In this document: piece by piece, positions 39,771-48,515 of the stretch
Numbering within the stretch: position 1 is the first letter of the stretch
Layout of the letters: each line of letters starts with the position of its first letter
NCBI GenBank assembly: GCA_964493625.1
Contig: CAZBOU010000001.1
Location: forward strand, 10,822-74,821
Length of the DNA stretch: 64,000 nt
Source: an uncultured Caldisericota bacterium
GTDB lineage: Bacteria; Caldisericota; Caldisericia; UBA6126
Direction of reading: 5' to 3'
Translations under genes and position numbers: made by a program
The notes under the pieces: model-generated
Seen by the model: the letters and a program-made list of their open reading frames with translations, nothing else
The model's database searches: none
What the model was told of the DNA's origin: nothing

Positions 39771-40724
39771 TTGATGAAATTGCAACCATTTTTATTTTTT
39801 TGGAGCAGTTTTTTGCTTGTTACTTTTTTAATGCCCTTCTTTATACAAATCTTGAAGAGACAACAGATAGGGCAAATTGTCCGAGAGGAAGGACCTAAAG
39901 ATCATTTATCGAAAACTGGCACACCAACTATGGGTGGTATACTCTTTATTGTTGTCGGTACTCTTTTGTTTGGACTCTATATGTCGACGCAGCCATTTGC
40001 TGTACAAAATCTTTTACCTATCTACCTTCTCCTTTCTTATGCAAGCATTGGTTTGTTGGATGATGTCCGAAAAACAATTCTCCGATCCCCCTATGGATTG
40101 AAAGCAAGAGAGGACATTGCTTTGCAGATTATAGCCTCTATACCTGTTATTGTGTGGGTATATTTATTTTCGAATAGTACGTTTATGATCCTAGGTTGGA
40201 TTGTATTTGAAGTGTTTTTTATTCTATCTGTGGTCAATTCTGTCAATTTGACGGATGGTATTGATGGATTGCTAGGGAGCATTTCCATTCCAATTTTCCT
40301 TTTTTATGCCATCATATTATACTCACAAGGACATTATGCGGGAGTCATTTTTTCTCTTATTATGACCGGAGCTCTTCTTGGATTCATGATTTTTAACGCG
40401 TACCCTGCCAAAGTGTTTATGGGTAATGTTGGATCTTTTGCCATTGGGGGAGCCATTGTTGCCTTGGCCATTCTTTCTCATACTGAATTCTACCTCTTAT
40501 TGGTAGGACTTTTATTTGTTTGGGAAGCCTTATCGGTTATCTTGCAAGTCGGATGGTTTAAATATACGAAAAGAAAGTTTGGTGAAGGGAAGCGTATTTT
40601 TCTCATGTCACCGTATCATCACCATTTAGAGTTAAAAGGTTATTCAGAAACACAAATTGTTGTTTTGTTTACCAGTCTAGAGATCGTCTTATGCACCTTA
40701 GCAGGTGCAATTTATTTTTTGTAA
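39771..40724 (+). CDS. mraY: phospho-N-acetylmuramoyl-pentapeptide transferase
   Basis: KTGTPTMGG, DD, NLTDGIDGL, PAKVFMG and PYHHHLE. Confidence 0.95.
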   Translation: MMKLQPFLFFWSSFLLVTFLMPFFIQILKRQQIGQIVREEGPKDHLSKTGTPTMGGILFIVVGTLLFGLYMSTQPFAVQNLLPIYLLLSYASIGLLDDVRKTILRSPYGLKAREDIALQIIASIPVIVWVYLFSNSTFMILGWIVFEVFFILSVVNSVNLTDGIDGLLGSISIPIFLFYAIILYSQGHYAGVIFSLIMTGALLGFMIFNAYPAKVFMGNVGSFAIGGAIVALAILSHTEFYLLLVGLLFVWEALSVILQVGWFKYTKRKFGEGKRIFLMSPYHHHLELKGYSETQIVVLFTSLEIVLCTLAGAIYFL

Positions 40725-40736
40725 CTTTTTCGTAAA

Positions 40737-42131
40737 ATGAAGGCAATGAAAAAAACACTGGAACTGAAAGACAAAAAGATTACAGTTTTTGGCTTGAAGA
40801 AGAGTGGCAAAGCTGCCATTGAATTGTTGCTATCAAAGGGGGCATCTATCTTTGCATCAGAAGCTTCTGCAAGCATTGACCCAAAGACTATCATATGGTT
40901 AGAATCGATGGGAGTTGATTTTGAATTAGGCTTTCATTCTGAAAGAACCTACGAAGGAAAAGACTTTATCGTTCTTTCACCAGCAGTTCCTAGGCGGATT
41001 CCAATATTGGTAAAAGCAGAAGAACACCATGTGCCAATTATTGGAGAAATTGAACTAGCATACCAATTCACGGAGTCTCATTTTATTGCTATTACGGGCA
41101 CATCTGGGAAAAGCACCTCTGTTGAACTTACGGGCCATATTTTGCGATATCATATTGCTCCTGTTTACGTTTGCGGGAATATTGGAATTCCTATTTCTGA
41201 AATTGTCCATAAAACCAAAACAGCCACTTTGGTGGTAGAGGTAAGTTCTTTTCAGCTAGAAACCATCCAGGAATTCTCCCCCCATATAGCAGTTTTTCTT
41301 AATTTTTCTGAAGATCATTTGAATCGCTACCAAACAATGCAAGATTATTTTGCAGCCAAACTTCGTATTTTTGAGAATCAAGCCGAACAGGACTTTTCTA
41401 TTCTTAATGGAGACCAGGAGTGTCTTCGCAGTATTAACGTAAACAAAGCAAAAAAATACTTTTTTTCAATGAAGCAAAAGGTAAATCCCGGCTGTTGGTA
41501 TGACCACGATACAGACGAAGCAGTTATGACAGTGAATCAAAAAGAAATCAGAGTTTCTCTTGCACATATGCGAATCAAAGGACATCATAACAAACAAAAC
41601 GCAATTGTTAGTATCTTGTCTGCCTATCTATATTTGCAAGATGCTTTTTCAGTTGATTTGTGCCAAAAAGCACTGGTTACTTTTCAAGGTCTTCCTCATC
41701 GATTTGAATGGGTAGGCAGGTTTAACGGTATTGGATTCATTAATGATTCGAAATCTACAAAACCTTCCACTACCATTGTAGCTATACAGTGCATGACAGA
41801 ACCATTTGTCTTGATGATGGGAGGTAGCGATAAAGAAAGTGATTTTCATGAAGTTGCAAAGAGAATTTCAACTCACCCGTTTATCAAAATTGTTATTTTA
41901 TACGGGAAAACAAGGAAGAAAATTAGAAATGCTTTGGATGGAGTTGGATTTAAAAACTATAAAATGACTCCTACATTTAAAAGTGCTTTTTTTGAAGCCA
42001 CAAAGAAAGCTAAAGCAAGCAATTTCATCCTTCTATCACCGGGGTGCGCTAGTTTTGATGAATTTAATAATTTTGAAGAAAGAGGAAATGCATTTAAGAA
42101 AATGATTTGGCGCACATTTAATCACTCATGA
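40737..42131 (+). CDS. murD: UDP-MurNAc-L-Ala--D-Glu ligase
   Basis: GTSGKST, EVSSFQL, DHLNRY, HRFE, NDSKST and SPGCASFD. Confidence 0.94.
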   Translation: MKAMKKTLELKDKKITVFGLKKSGKAAIELLLSKGASIFASEASASIDPKTIIWLESMGVDFELGFHSERTYEGKDFIVLSPAVPRRIPILVKAEEHHVPIIGEIELAYQFTESHFIAITGTSGKSTSVELTGHILRYHIAPVYVCGNIGIPISEIVHKTKTATLVVEVSSFQLETIQEFSPHIAVFLNFSEDHLNRYQTMQDYFAAKLRIFENQAEQDFSILNGDQECLRSINVNKAKKYFFSMKQKVNPGCWYDHDTDEAVMTVNQKEIRVSLAHMRIKGHHNKQNAIVSILSAYLYLQDAFSVDLCQKALVTFQGLPHRFEWVGRFNGIGFINDSKSTKPSTTIVAIQCMTEPFVLMMGGSDKESDFHEVAKRISTHPFIKIVILYGKTRKKIRNALDGVGFKNYKMTPTFKSAFFEATKKAKASNFILLSPGCASFDEFNNFEERGNAFKKMIWRTFNHS

Positions 42132-43267
42132 TTTCACCAAAAAGATTGCACGCAAATATTTTAACTCTCACGATTCTGCTTTGCTTGATTGGCTTGTTAA
42201 TGGCATTTTCTACAACGTCTACTCATTTCTTTAAGGATGGGGGTCAAGGAAATCCATTTTTTGGTCTATTGCACCAGTTTTTATTTTTGTTGCTTGGGTT
42301 TTTTGTTTTATTCTTTTTCCGGAAAATATCCCAACGATTTTTAAAACGATATGCCTACTTGTTTTACTATGTTTCACTCATTTTGCTGTTTTTTGTGTTG
42401 ATTTTCCATACTCCCATAACAAATGAGGTTGGAGAAGTAGCAAGAAGATGGATTTTTATTCCAGGAGGTTTCACCATACAACCTTCTGAAATTGCAAAAG
42501 TATCGATCATTTTTTATATAGCGACCTATTATTCTCAGTTTAAAAAGAAAATGGTACTTAAGGATCATTTTCAACCCTTATTTATGATTGCTTTTGGGGC
42601 AGTACTCATTGCAATTGAACCCAATGTTTCAGCAGCTGTTGTTTTTGCTGCCATTGGTGCCGTCACTATGGTGTTGGGGGGGTTTCCTCTTCTTGCAGGT
42701 TTTATAGGGGCGTCCTCGGTTTCTGTTCTATTTTATGTTGTAATGTCAAAGATTCCTCGCTTGCAAAGGCGACTAAACATTGTGCAAGAAGTTTTTGTGA
42801 GTCCTGATGCTTATCAGCTTCGACAGGGGCTTCGGGCGATTGTACGAGGAGGACTTGTCGGTCAGGGATATATGAAAAGTTCTCAAAAATTTGTCAACTT
42901 GGCATTTTCATCGACTGACTTCATCTTTGCTATCATATGCGAAGAGTTTGGTTTGGTATTCGGGTGTCTTCTTCTATTTCTCTATTTTCTGTTGTTCTAT
43001 TATATGTTGCAAGTAGCTAGATTGGTAAAAAGCCATTTTTATTCCATTCTTGTTGCGGGAATCGCTTTTCATTTGTTGTTTCAAGCTCTTCTTCATGTAG
43101 CTGTTACGTTGGCCATATTTTTGCCAACAGGAATCCCGCTTCCCTTTATTAGCAAAGGCGGCAGTGCATTGATTCTCAATCTTTTTGAGGTGGGAGTTGT
43201 GCTGAATATTGCTGCAAGACTTCCTGTAAAAAAAGACAACTCAAAGGAATTTTCGATTGTTGCTTGA
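42128..43267 (+). CDS. ftsW: SEDS peptidoglycan polymerase FtsW
   Basis: RRWI, IQPSE, TDFIF..ICEEFG and PTGIPLPFISKGGS. Confidence 0.92.
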   Translation: MISPKRLHANILTLTILLCLIGLLMAFSTTSTHFFKDGGQGNPFFGLLHQFLFLLLGFFVLFFFRKISQRFLKRYAYLFYYVSLILLFFVLIFHTPITNEVGEVARRWIFIPGGFTIQPSEIAKVSIIFYIATYYSQFKKKMVLKDHFQPLFMIAFGAVLIAIEPNVSAAVVFAAIGAVTMVLGGFPLLAGFIGASSVSVLFYVVMSKIPRLQRRLNIVQEVFVSPDAYQLRQGLRAIVRGGLVGQGYMKSSQKFVNLAFSSTDFIFAIICEEFGLVFGCLLLFLYFLLFYYMLQVARLVKSHFYSILVAGIAFHLLFQALLHVAVTLAIFLPTGIPLPFISKGGSALILNLFEVGVVLNIAARLPVKKDNSKEFSIVA

Positions 43268-44618
43268 TCAAAAGCATATCTATATGACGGGTATAGGAGG
43301 AGTGGGAATGACACCTTTAGCTCTTTATTATAGGGCAAAGGGCTATTGCGTAGAAGGTTCAGATCTGCAATCGTTTCGAATGGAAGATACTTTGCGGAAA
43401 CACAAGATTGCAATCCACACCGAACAAAACATGGAAAATATTCACACCGGCATTAGTTCTTTGGTATATTCTGCAGCAATACCAATGACCAATCCTGAAA
43501 TCGTCCAAGCACGTCGCTATGATATACCCTGCATTCATCGAATAGACGCATTAAAAGAAATTGTTCAATCGAAAATTTTATGTTCCGTAACCGGTAGTTA
43601 TGGAAAGAGCACCACAACAACTTTTCTGTCAAATATGTCAGAGCAATGCGGACTGCAACCTTCTTGGCTGATAGGAGCAGATATGTTGCATTATCCGTGT
43701 GCTCGATATACAACAAGCGATTACTTTGTTTTAGAGACCGATGAATCCCAACCATGCTTTTTAGACTTTCATCCTACGTATTTGATAGTAACAAATATTG
43801 GCGTGGACCACTTATCAAACTATGAGAATGATCCAGAGAAGCTAAAACTAGCAATGCGTTCTATTGTTCAAAACACAAAACAAAGAGTGATTGCTCCTTA
43901 TTCAGTTAAACAAACATTGGACAGTCAATCTGTACTCAATTCTTGGATAACCTGTGGTTTGAACAAAGGGGAGTATCGAATTTCTCAACATCGTACGTTT
44001 TTTGATGGATCGCAATTGCGAACCACCTTCCATCTAGATGGGAAGTATTCGTCTTTTGATGCCGAAATTCCAATGCCTTCAATACGAAACGTTATGGATG
44101 CCGTACTATCTTTTGCTCTCATAGAGGATATCGTTGGTCCCATTAGCAAACCCTTTGAATATTTTTATTCTCTTCCTCCGGTGGAGAGACGATTCCAGTT
44201 TATTACTACCGATTCTAGTGCCCTTTTGATTGACGATGAGGGCGATAGCCCCGACGTCATCAAAAAAGTGATAGAAGATGCCAAACTCTATTTTCCCCAT
44301 CACCATGTAATTGCTTTCTTACAACCTCACCGGTATTCTAGATTGCAAAGCTTGTTCTCAGATTATGTACAAGCCATGCAGTTGGCCGACGAGGTCGTTA
44401 TCTTGCCGGTATATCCAGCAGGGGAAGAGCAGAAGAATAGAAAAAACAGCATGGATTTATTCGAAGCTCTTCAAGAATGTCATCTAGGTTCTGTCCATTA
44501 TGCTCCTACAATAGAAGAAGGCTCATCTCTTCTTGCTTCCTTTCTCCACGAACCCAATGCAATTGTCACATTAGGGCCTGGAGATGTATGGAAACTTTAT
44601 CAGGATATTCATAGATGA
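43257..44618 (+). CDS. murC: MurC-like Mur ligase (first residue), divergent specificity motifs
   Basis: GIGGVGM, YSAAI, GSYGKSTTT, ETDES, TNI..DHL, RRFQ and QPHRYSR. Confidence 0.87.
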   Translation: MLLDQKHIYMTGIGGVGMTPLALYYRAKGYCVEGSDLQSFRMEDTLRKHKIAIHTEQNMENIHTGISSLVYSAAIPMTNPEIVQARRYDIPCIHRIDALKEIVQSKILCSVTGSYGKSTTTTFLSNMSEQCGLQPSWLIGADMLHYPCARYTTSDYFVLETDESQPCFLDFHPTYLIVTNIGVDHLSNYENDPEKLKLAMRSIVQNTKQRVIAPYSVKQTLDSQSVLNSWITCGLNKGEYRISQHRTFFDGSQLRTTFHLDGKYSSFDAEIPMPSIRNVMDAVLSFALIEDIVGPISKPFEYFYSLPPVERRFQFITTDSSALLIDDEGDSPDVIKKVIEDAKLYFPHHHVIAFLQPHRYSRLQSLFSDYVQAMQLADEVVILPVYPAGEEQKNRKNSMDLFEALQECHLGSVHYAPTIEEGSSLLASFLHEPNAIVTLGPGDVWKLYQDIHR

Positions 44619-45529
44619 GTACCCAGGCAATCAATCTTTCTTTTTTTTCAGGGACCATTTTGTACAATGAATCGCTACGACCATATAATACATTTGGTAT
44701 TGGAGGACATGCGAAGATATTGGTGCAACCAAATACTCCCGAGGATGTTGCTCAAACCATTCTCGAGTGTACTTCTTTACATATACCTTATATCATTATT
44801 GGGTGCGGATCCAATATTCTTTTTTCTGACGAAGACTACCCGGGCGTTGTCATTCATATGAAAAGTCACTTAACCAAAATACATCTTCATTCGAACCGTA
44901 TGGTATTTGTTCAAGCAGGGGTACTGATGCAAAATGCAATCCAATGGTTTCTTCAACACCAACTTACAGGATATACATACCTAGCGGGTATTCCTGGAAC
45001 GATGGGGGGCTGTATTGCAATGAATGCAGGAACCAACCGAGGTCGAATCAACCAAATTGTACAACGTGTTCAGTATTTTAACGGACTGCATATCCAAGAA
45101 ATGGAAGGAAAAGAGCTTCAAGATTCTTTTCATTACAGGAGTAGTATTTTTTTGGAACAAAAATGGTGTATTTTATCTGCTTTGCTTCTACTAGAAGAAG
45201 GAGATATTGAAAAAGAGAAAAAACAATTACAAAATTATCTTCAGAAACGTAGTACTTCTCAACCACTACAATTCAAAAGCGCAGGTTGCTTTTGGAAAAA
45301 TCCTCCTCAGCGGTCGACAGGAAAAATACTAGAAGAGTTAGGTTTGAAGGGCTTAAAGATAGGAAATGTGAAAATATCTGACTTGCATGCAAATTTTATA
45401 TTGAACATGGGAGGAGGCACATGCAAAGAGGTATTAGCCCTAGCAGAAAAAGTGGAAGATATTGTGTATCAAAAAACAGGAATTGTATTGGATAGAGAAG
45501 TACAACACGTAACCGGTATGTTGCATTGA
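44615..45529 (+). CDS. murB: UDP-N-acetylmuramate dehydrogenase
   Basis: TFGIGG, GSNILF, GIPGTMGG..MNAG, YRSS, SAGCFWKNP and HANF. Confidence 0.94.
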   Translation: MSTQAINLSFFSGTILYNESLRPYNTFGIGGHAKILVQPNTPEDVAQTILECTSLHIPYIIIGCGSNILFSDEDYPGVVIHMKSHLTKIHLHSNRMVFVQAGVLMQNAIQWFLQHQLTGYTYLAGIPGTMGGCIAMNAGTNRGRINQIVQRVQYFNGLHIQEMEGKELQDSFHYRSSIFLEQKWCILSALLLLEEGDIEKEKKQLQNYLQKRSTSQPLQFKSAGCFWKNPPQRSTGKILEELGLKGLKIGNVKISDLHANFILNMGGGTCKEVLALAEKVEDIVYQKTGIVLDREVQHVTGMLH

Positions 45530-45661
45530 AAACAATGTTTTATATAGTTGTAGTATATTTTTTTACACAACGTTTACATAACAGAATCAACGATACTCTA
45601 TGAGTATCTTAATATAGGTATTGTCTTGCAAAAATGTATGTGTCATGGAAGGCGGTAGACT

Positions 45662-46654
45662 ATGTGGCAATATGTAGTTAGACAAATGATACAGAGGTTT
45701 TTTATCCTGCTGATTATATCGTTTATTGCTTTTATTTTTCTGAATACGATGAGTGATCCGGTAGACATTATCAAGTCTATGGACCCTCATATTACGCAAC
45801 AGCAGATCGATGTATACAAGCGTCAACAAGGTCTTGATAAGCCTGTTGTCATCCGATATGGCTATTGGTTCGTGAATGCCTGGAAAGGTGATTTTGGAAT
45901 TTCACGAGCGTACAAAGAGGATGTTTTTCCCCTCATAATGAATCGAATTCCTAACACGATGTATATGCAGGCGATTGTCATTCTTATCATTGTTTTTGTT
46001 GCTATTCCGTTAGGCATTTTTTCGGCCGTTCATCAGTATTCAACATGGGACTATATTCTCACATTTTTTACATTTACCGGGGTTTCTTTGCCAATGTTCT
46101 GGGTCGGCCTAATGGTTATTTTGTGGTTAGGAATTGGTGCTGGACTTCCTTTTACTGGGATGTATTCTGATATTGTTACCTATGGGGGGCAGACTATGCC
46201 CTACCTAGAGGCTCCCTGGTTTGTAAAACTAGGGGATCGTATGATGCACCTGATTTTACCAGTCATCACAATTTCTTTGATATCCCTTGCGGGTTTAATG
46301 CGTTATACACGATCTGCCTTGTTGGAAGTTATCCGTCAAGACTATGTTCGAACTGCCCGTGCAAAGGGAGTTTCACAAAAAAAGGTAATTTATCATCATG
46401 CTCTTAGAAATGCAATGATTCCGATAGCAACCATTCTCATTCAAACGATTCCCACCCTTTTTGCGGGATCCCTTATTGTTGAGCAAATATTTGGTTGGCC
46501 GGGCGTAGGAAAAATGGTGTACGATGCTGTAATGCAAAAAGATTACAACTTAGCCATGATGAATTTAATGTTCTTGTCGTTTCTTACTGTCACTTTTACA
46601 TTAATTGCAGACATATCGTATGCATTTCTTGATCCAAGAATTACGTATCGGTAA
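45662..46654 (+). CDS. oligopeptide/dipeptide ABC permease (OppB/DppB-like)
   Basis: GLDKP, GDFG and DYVRTARAKG...HALRNA. Confidence 0.93.
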   Translation: MWQYVVRQMIQRFFILLIISFIAFIFLNTMSDPVDIIKSMDPHITQQQIDVYKRQQGLDKPVVIRYGYWFVNAWKGDFGISRAYKEDVFPLIMNRIPNTMYMQAIVILIIVFVAIPLGIFSAVHQYSTWDYILTFFTFTGVSLPMFWVGLMVILWLGIGAGLPFTGMYSDIVTYGGQTMPYLEAPWFVKLGDRMMHLILPVITISLISLAGLMRYTRSALLEVIRQDYVRTARAKGVSQKKVIYHHALRNAMIPIATILIQTIPTLFAGSLIVEQIFGWPGVGKMVYDAVMQKDYNLAMMNLMFLSFLTVTFTLIADISYAFLDPRITYR

Positions 46655-46681
46655 GAGTAACATTTTAAAGGAGCAAAGAAT

Positions 46682-47662
46682 ATGAGCAATCAAGATAATA
46701 AGAGAAAAAATCCATCTTTGGACGAAGAAGAAGTATTAATTCCTAATGTTGAATCTGGAGAACCTACTTTAGTGCCAACATTTGATCAAGACGATATTCA
46801 AGGCAATACGAAGCAGTATTCTTATTCGCAGATGGTTTGGATCCGTTTTAGAAAGCACAAAATGGCATTTATTGGAGCGTGCATCATTATTATACTCCTC
46901 TTAGGTGCTATTTTTGCACCATGGTTTTCAGGAGGACAAAATCCTCGATTTGCTGACATCAATATTCGATTTTTACCACCCTTTTCACCAGGGCATTTTT
47001 TAGGTACCGATGATGTAGGAAGAGATGTATGGACACGTCTTTTATATGGTGGCAGAACCTCCTTACTTATTGGCTTCCTTGTAGCAATACCGGCAGGTTT
47101 ATTCGGAGGAATCGTTGGATCCATTTCTGGTTATTTTGGAGGATGGGTAGATTCTTTCCTTATGCGACTAGTTGAAGTCTTCTTTTCCGTTCCAACGTTA
47201 CCCATATTGGTTACACTATCTGCTTATTTCGGGGCTAGCGTCTTTATAATTGTAGGCCTTTTGATATTCTTTGGATGGGCACCAACGGCTCGATTGATTC
47301 GAGGCCTTGTTCTGCAAATTAAACAATATGAATTTGTTGAGGCCGCTAAAGCTATTGGTTGCTCCGATACCCGCATTATTATGCGGCATATTTTCCCCAA
47401 TACCTTTGCTATTCTTATTGTCCAAATGACCCTTAAAGTTGGTGGAGCTATTCTTTCTGAATCTACTCTTTCCTTTTTGGGTTTGGGTGTAAATCCAGCA
47501 GATCCAACCTGGGGCAATATGTTATCCAATGCTCAGAATTTCCTGTGGAATGCTCCCCATCTTGTTATATGGCCTGGTCTCATGATTTTTCTCACCATTT
47601 TGTCCTTTAACTTTTTAGGGGATGGTTTGCGCGATGCTCTTGACCCAAAGTTAAAACAGTAA
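46682..47662 (+). CDS. oligopeptide/dipeptide ABC permease (OppC/DppC-like)
   Basis: LGTDDVGRD, EFVEAAKAIG, LSFLGLG and GDGLRDALDP. Confidence 0.93.
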   Translation: MSNQDNKRKNPSLDEEEVLIPNVESGEPTLVPTFDQDDIQGNTKQYSYSQMVWIRFRKHKMAFIGACIIIILLLGAIFAPWFSGGQNPRFADINIRFLPPFSPGHFLGTDDVGRDVWTRLLYGGRTSLLIGFLVAIPAGLFGGIVGSISGYFGGWVDSFLMRLVEVFFSVPTLPILVTLSAYFGASVFIIVGLLIFFGWAPTARLIRGLVLQIKQYEFVEAAKAIGCSDTRIIMRHIFPNTFAILIVQMTLKVGGAILSESTLSFLGLGVNPADPTWGNMLSNAQNFLWNAPHLVIWPGLMIFLTILSFNFLGDGLRDALDPKLKQ

Positions 47663-47684
47663 AAAGCAATAATATAGTCTGACT

Positions 47685-47722
47685 AAGGAGTTGAAAATTA
47701 TTTCTGATTTTCAACTCCTTTA
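47685..47722 (+). terminator. stem-loop after oppC (terminator or processing stem)
   Basis: Perfect 14-bp stem AAGGAGTTGAAAAT/ATTTTCAACTCCTT with a weak U tract. Confidence 0.55.
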
Positions 47723-47727
47723 TAGCG

Positions 47728-48330
47728 ATGAAAAGAATTCTAATCGTAGAAAACGGAAAAGCATCTGTCCAGATTAAGAAATCTTCTTTTTATGCGTATG
47801 CTGTTCCTATTCAATCAAATGAGGATTTCGTTACCTTTCTATCTACTACAAAAAAAACCCATAAGAATGCAACGCATTATTGTTATGCTTATCGCATTCA
47901 AGACCTTACCAATCATACCCTAGAAAAAATGTCTGATGATGGCGAACCATTTGGTACTGCTGGAATCCCTTTGTTGTCTTTGCTACAGAATCATTGCATT
48001 GCCAATGGAGCCATTGTAGTGGTACGTTTTTTTGGTGGTATCAAGTTGGGCAAAAAGGGACTATATTCCGCTTATTTAGAAGCAGCTAAGCAAAGTCTAA
48101 ACGATGCAAGGGTTGAAGAGTTCATTCCTAAAGAAATTCTTGATGTAACTGTACAGTACACTATTTTTGATTTGTTTGAAAAAATCTGTGAAAGGTTTGA
48201 TTCTCAATGTATACAAGTTGATTATGCAGAAGATGTACATGTGAAAATTGAAGTTGCATCAAAAGACAAGATGGCACTACTGGAAGCATTTTCTCAAGCA
48301 AATATCACGAAGTATGTTATAATACGATAG
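47728..48330 (+). CDS. YigZ/IMPACT family protein
   Basis: IKKSSF, ATHYCYAY, SDDGEP.GTAG and VRFFGGIKLG. Confidence 0.92.
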   Translation: MKRILIVENGKASVQIKKSSFYAYAVPIQSNEDFVTFLSTTKKTHKNATHYCYAYRIQDLTNHTLEKMSDDGEPFGTAGIPLLSLLQNHCIANGAIVVVRFFGGIKLGKKGLYSAYLEAAKQSLNDARVEEFIPKEILDVTVQYTIFDLFEKICERFDSQCIQVDYAEDVHVKIEVASKDKMALLEAFSQANITKYVIIR

Positions 48331-48344
48331 TTTTGGAGGTAATG

Positions 48345-48515
48345 ATGAAAAAATTGAAACTTGAAATTCAAGGTATATTGCTAGATTCAAACCACGGACA
48401 AACAAATTGCAGAGAATGCCAAACCCCTTGTAAATCTGCATGCAAGACCTCTTGTACTATTGGCAATCAACGTTGTGAAAAAAGAAAAAAACCAAACCCA
48501 CGATGGATTTGGTAA
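48345..48515 (+). CDS. scfA: six-cysteine ranthipeptide (SCIFF) precursor
   Basis: CRECQTPCKSACKTSCTIGNQRCE matches the SCIFF core. GGAGG SD. Overlaps the maturase start. Confidence 0.92.
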   Translation: MKKLKLEIQGILLDSNHGQTNCRECQTPCKSACKTSCTIGNQRCEKRKKPNPRWIW

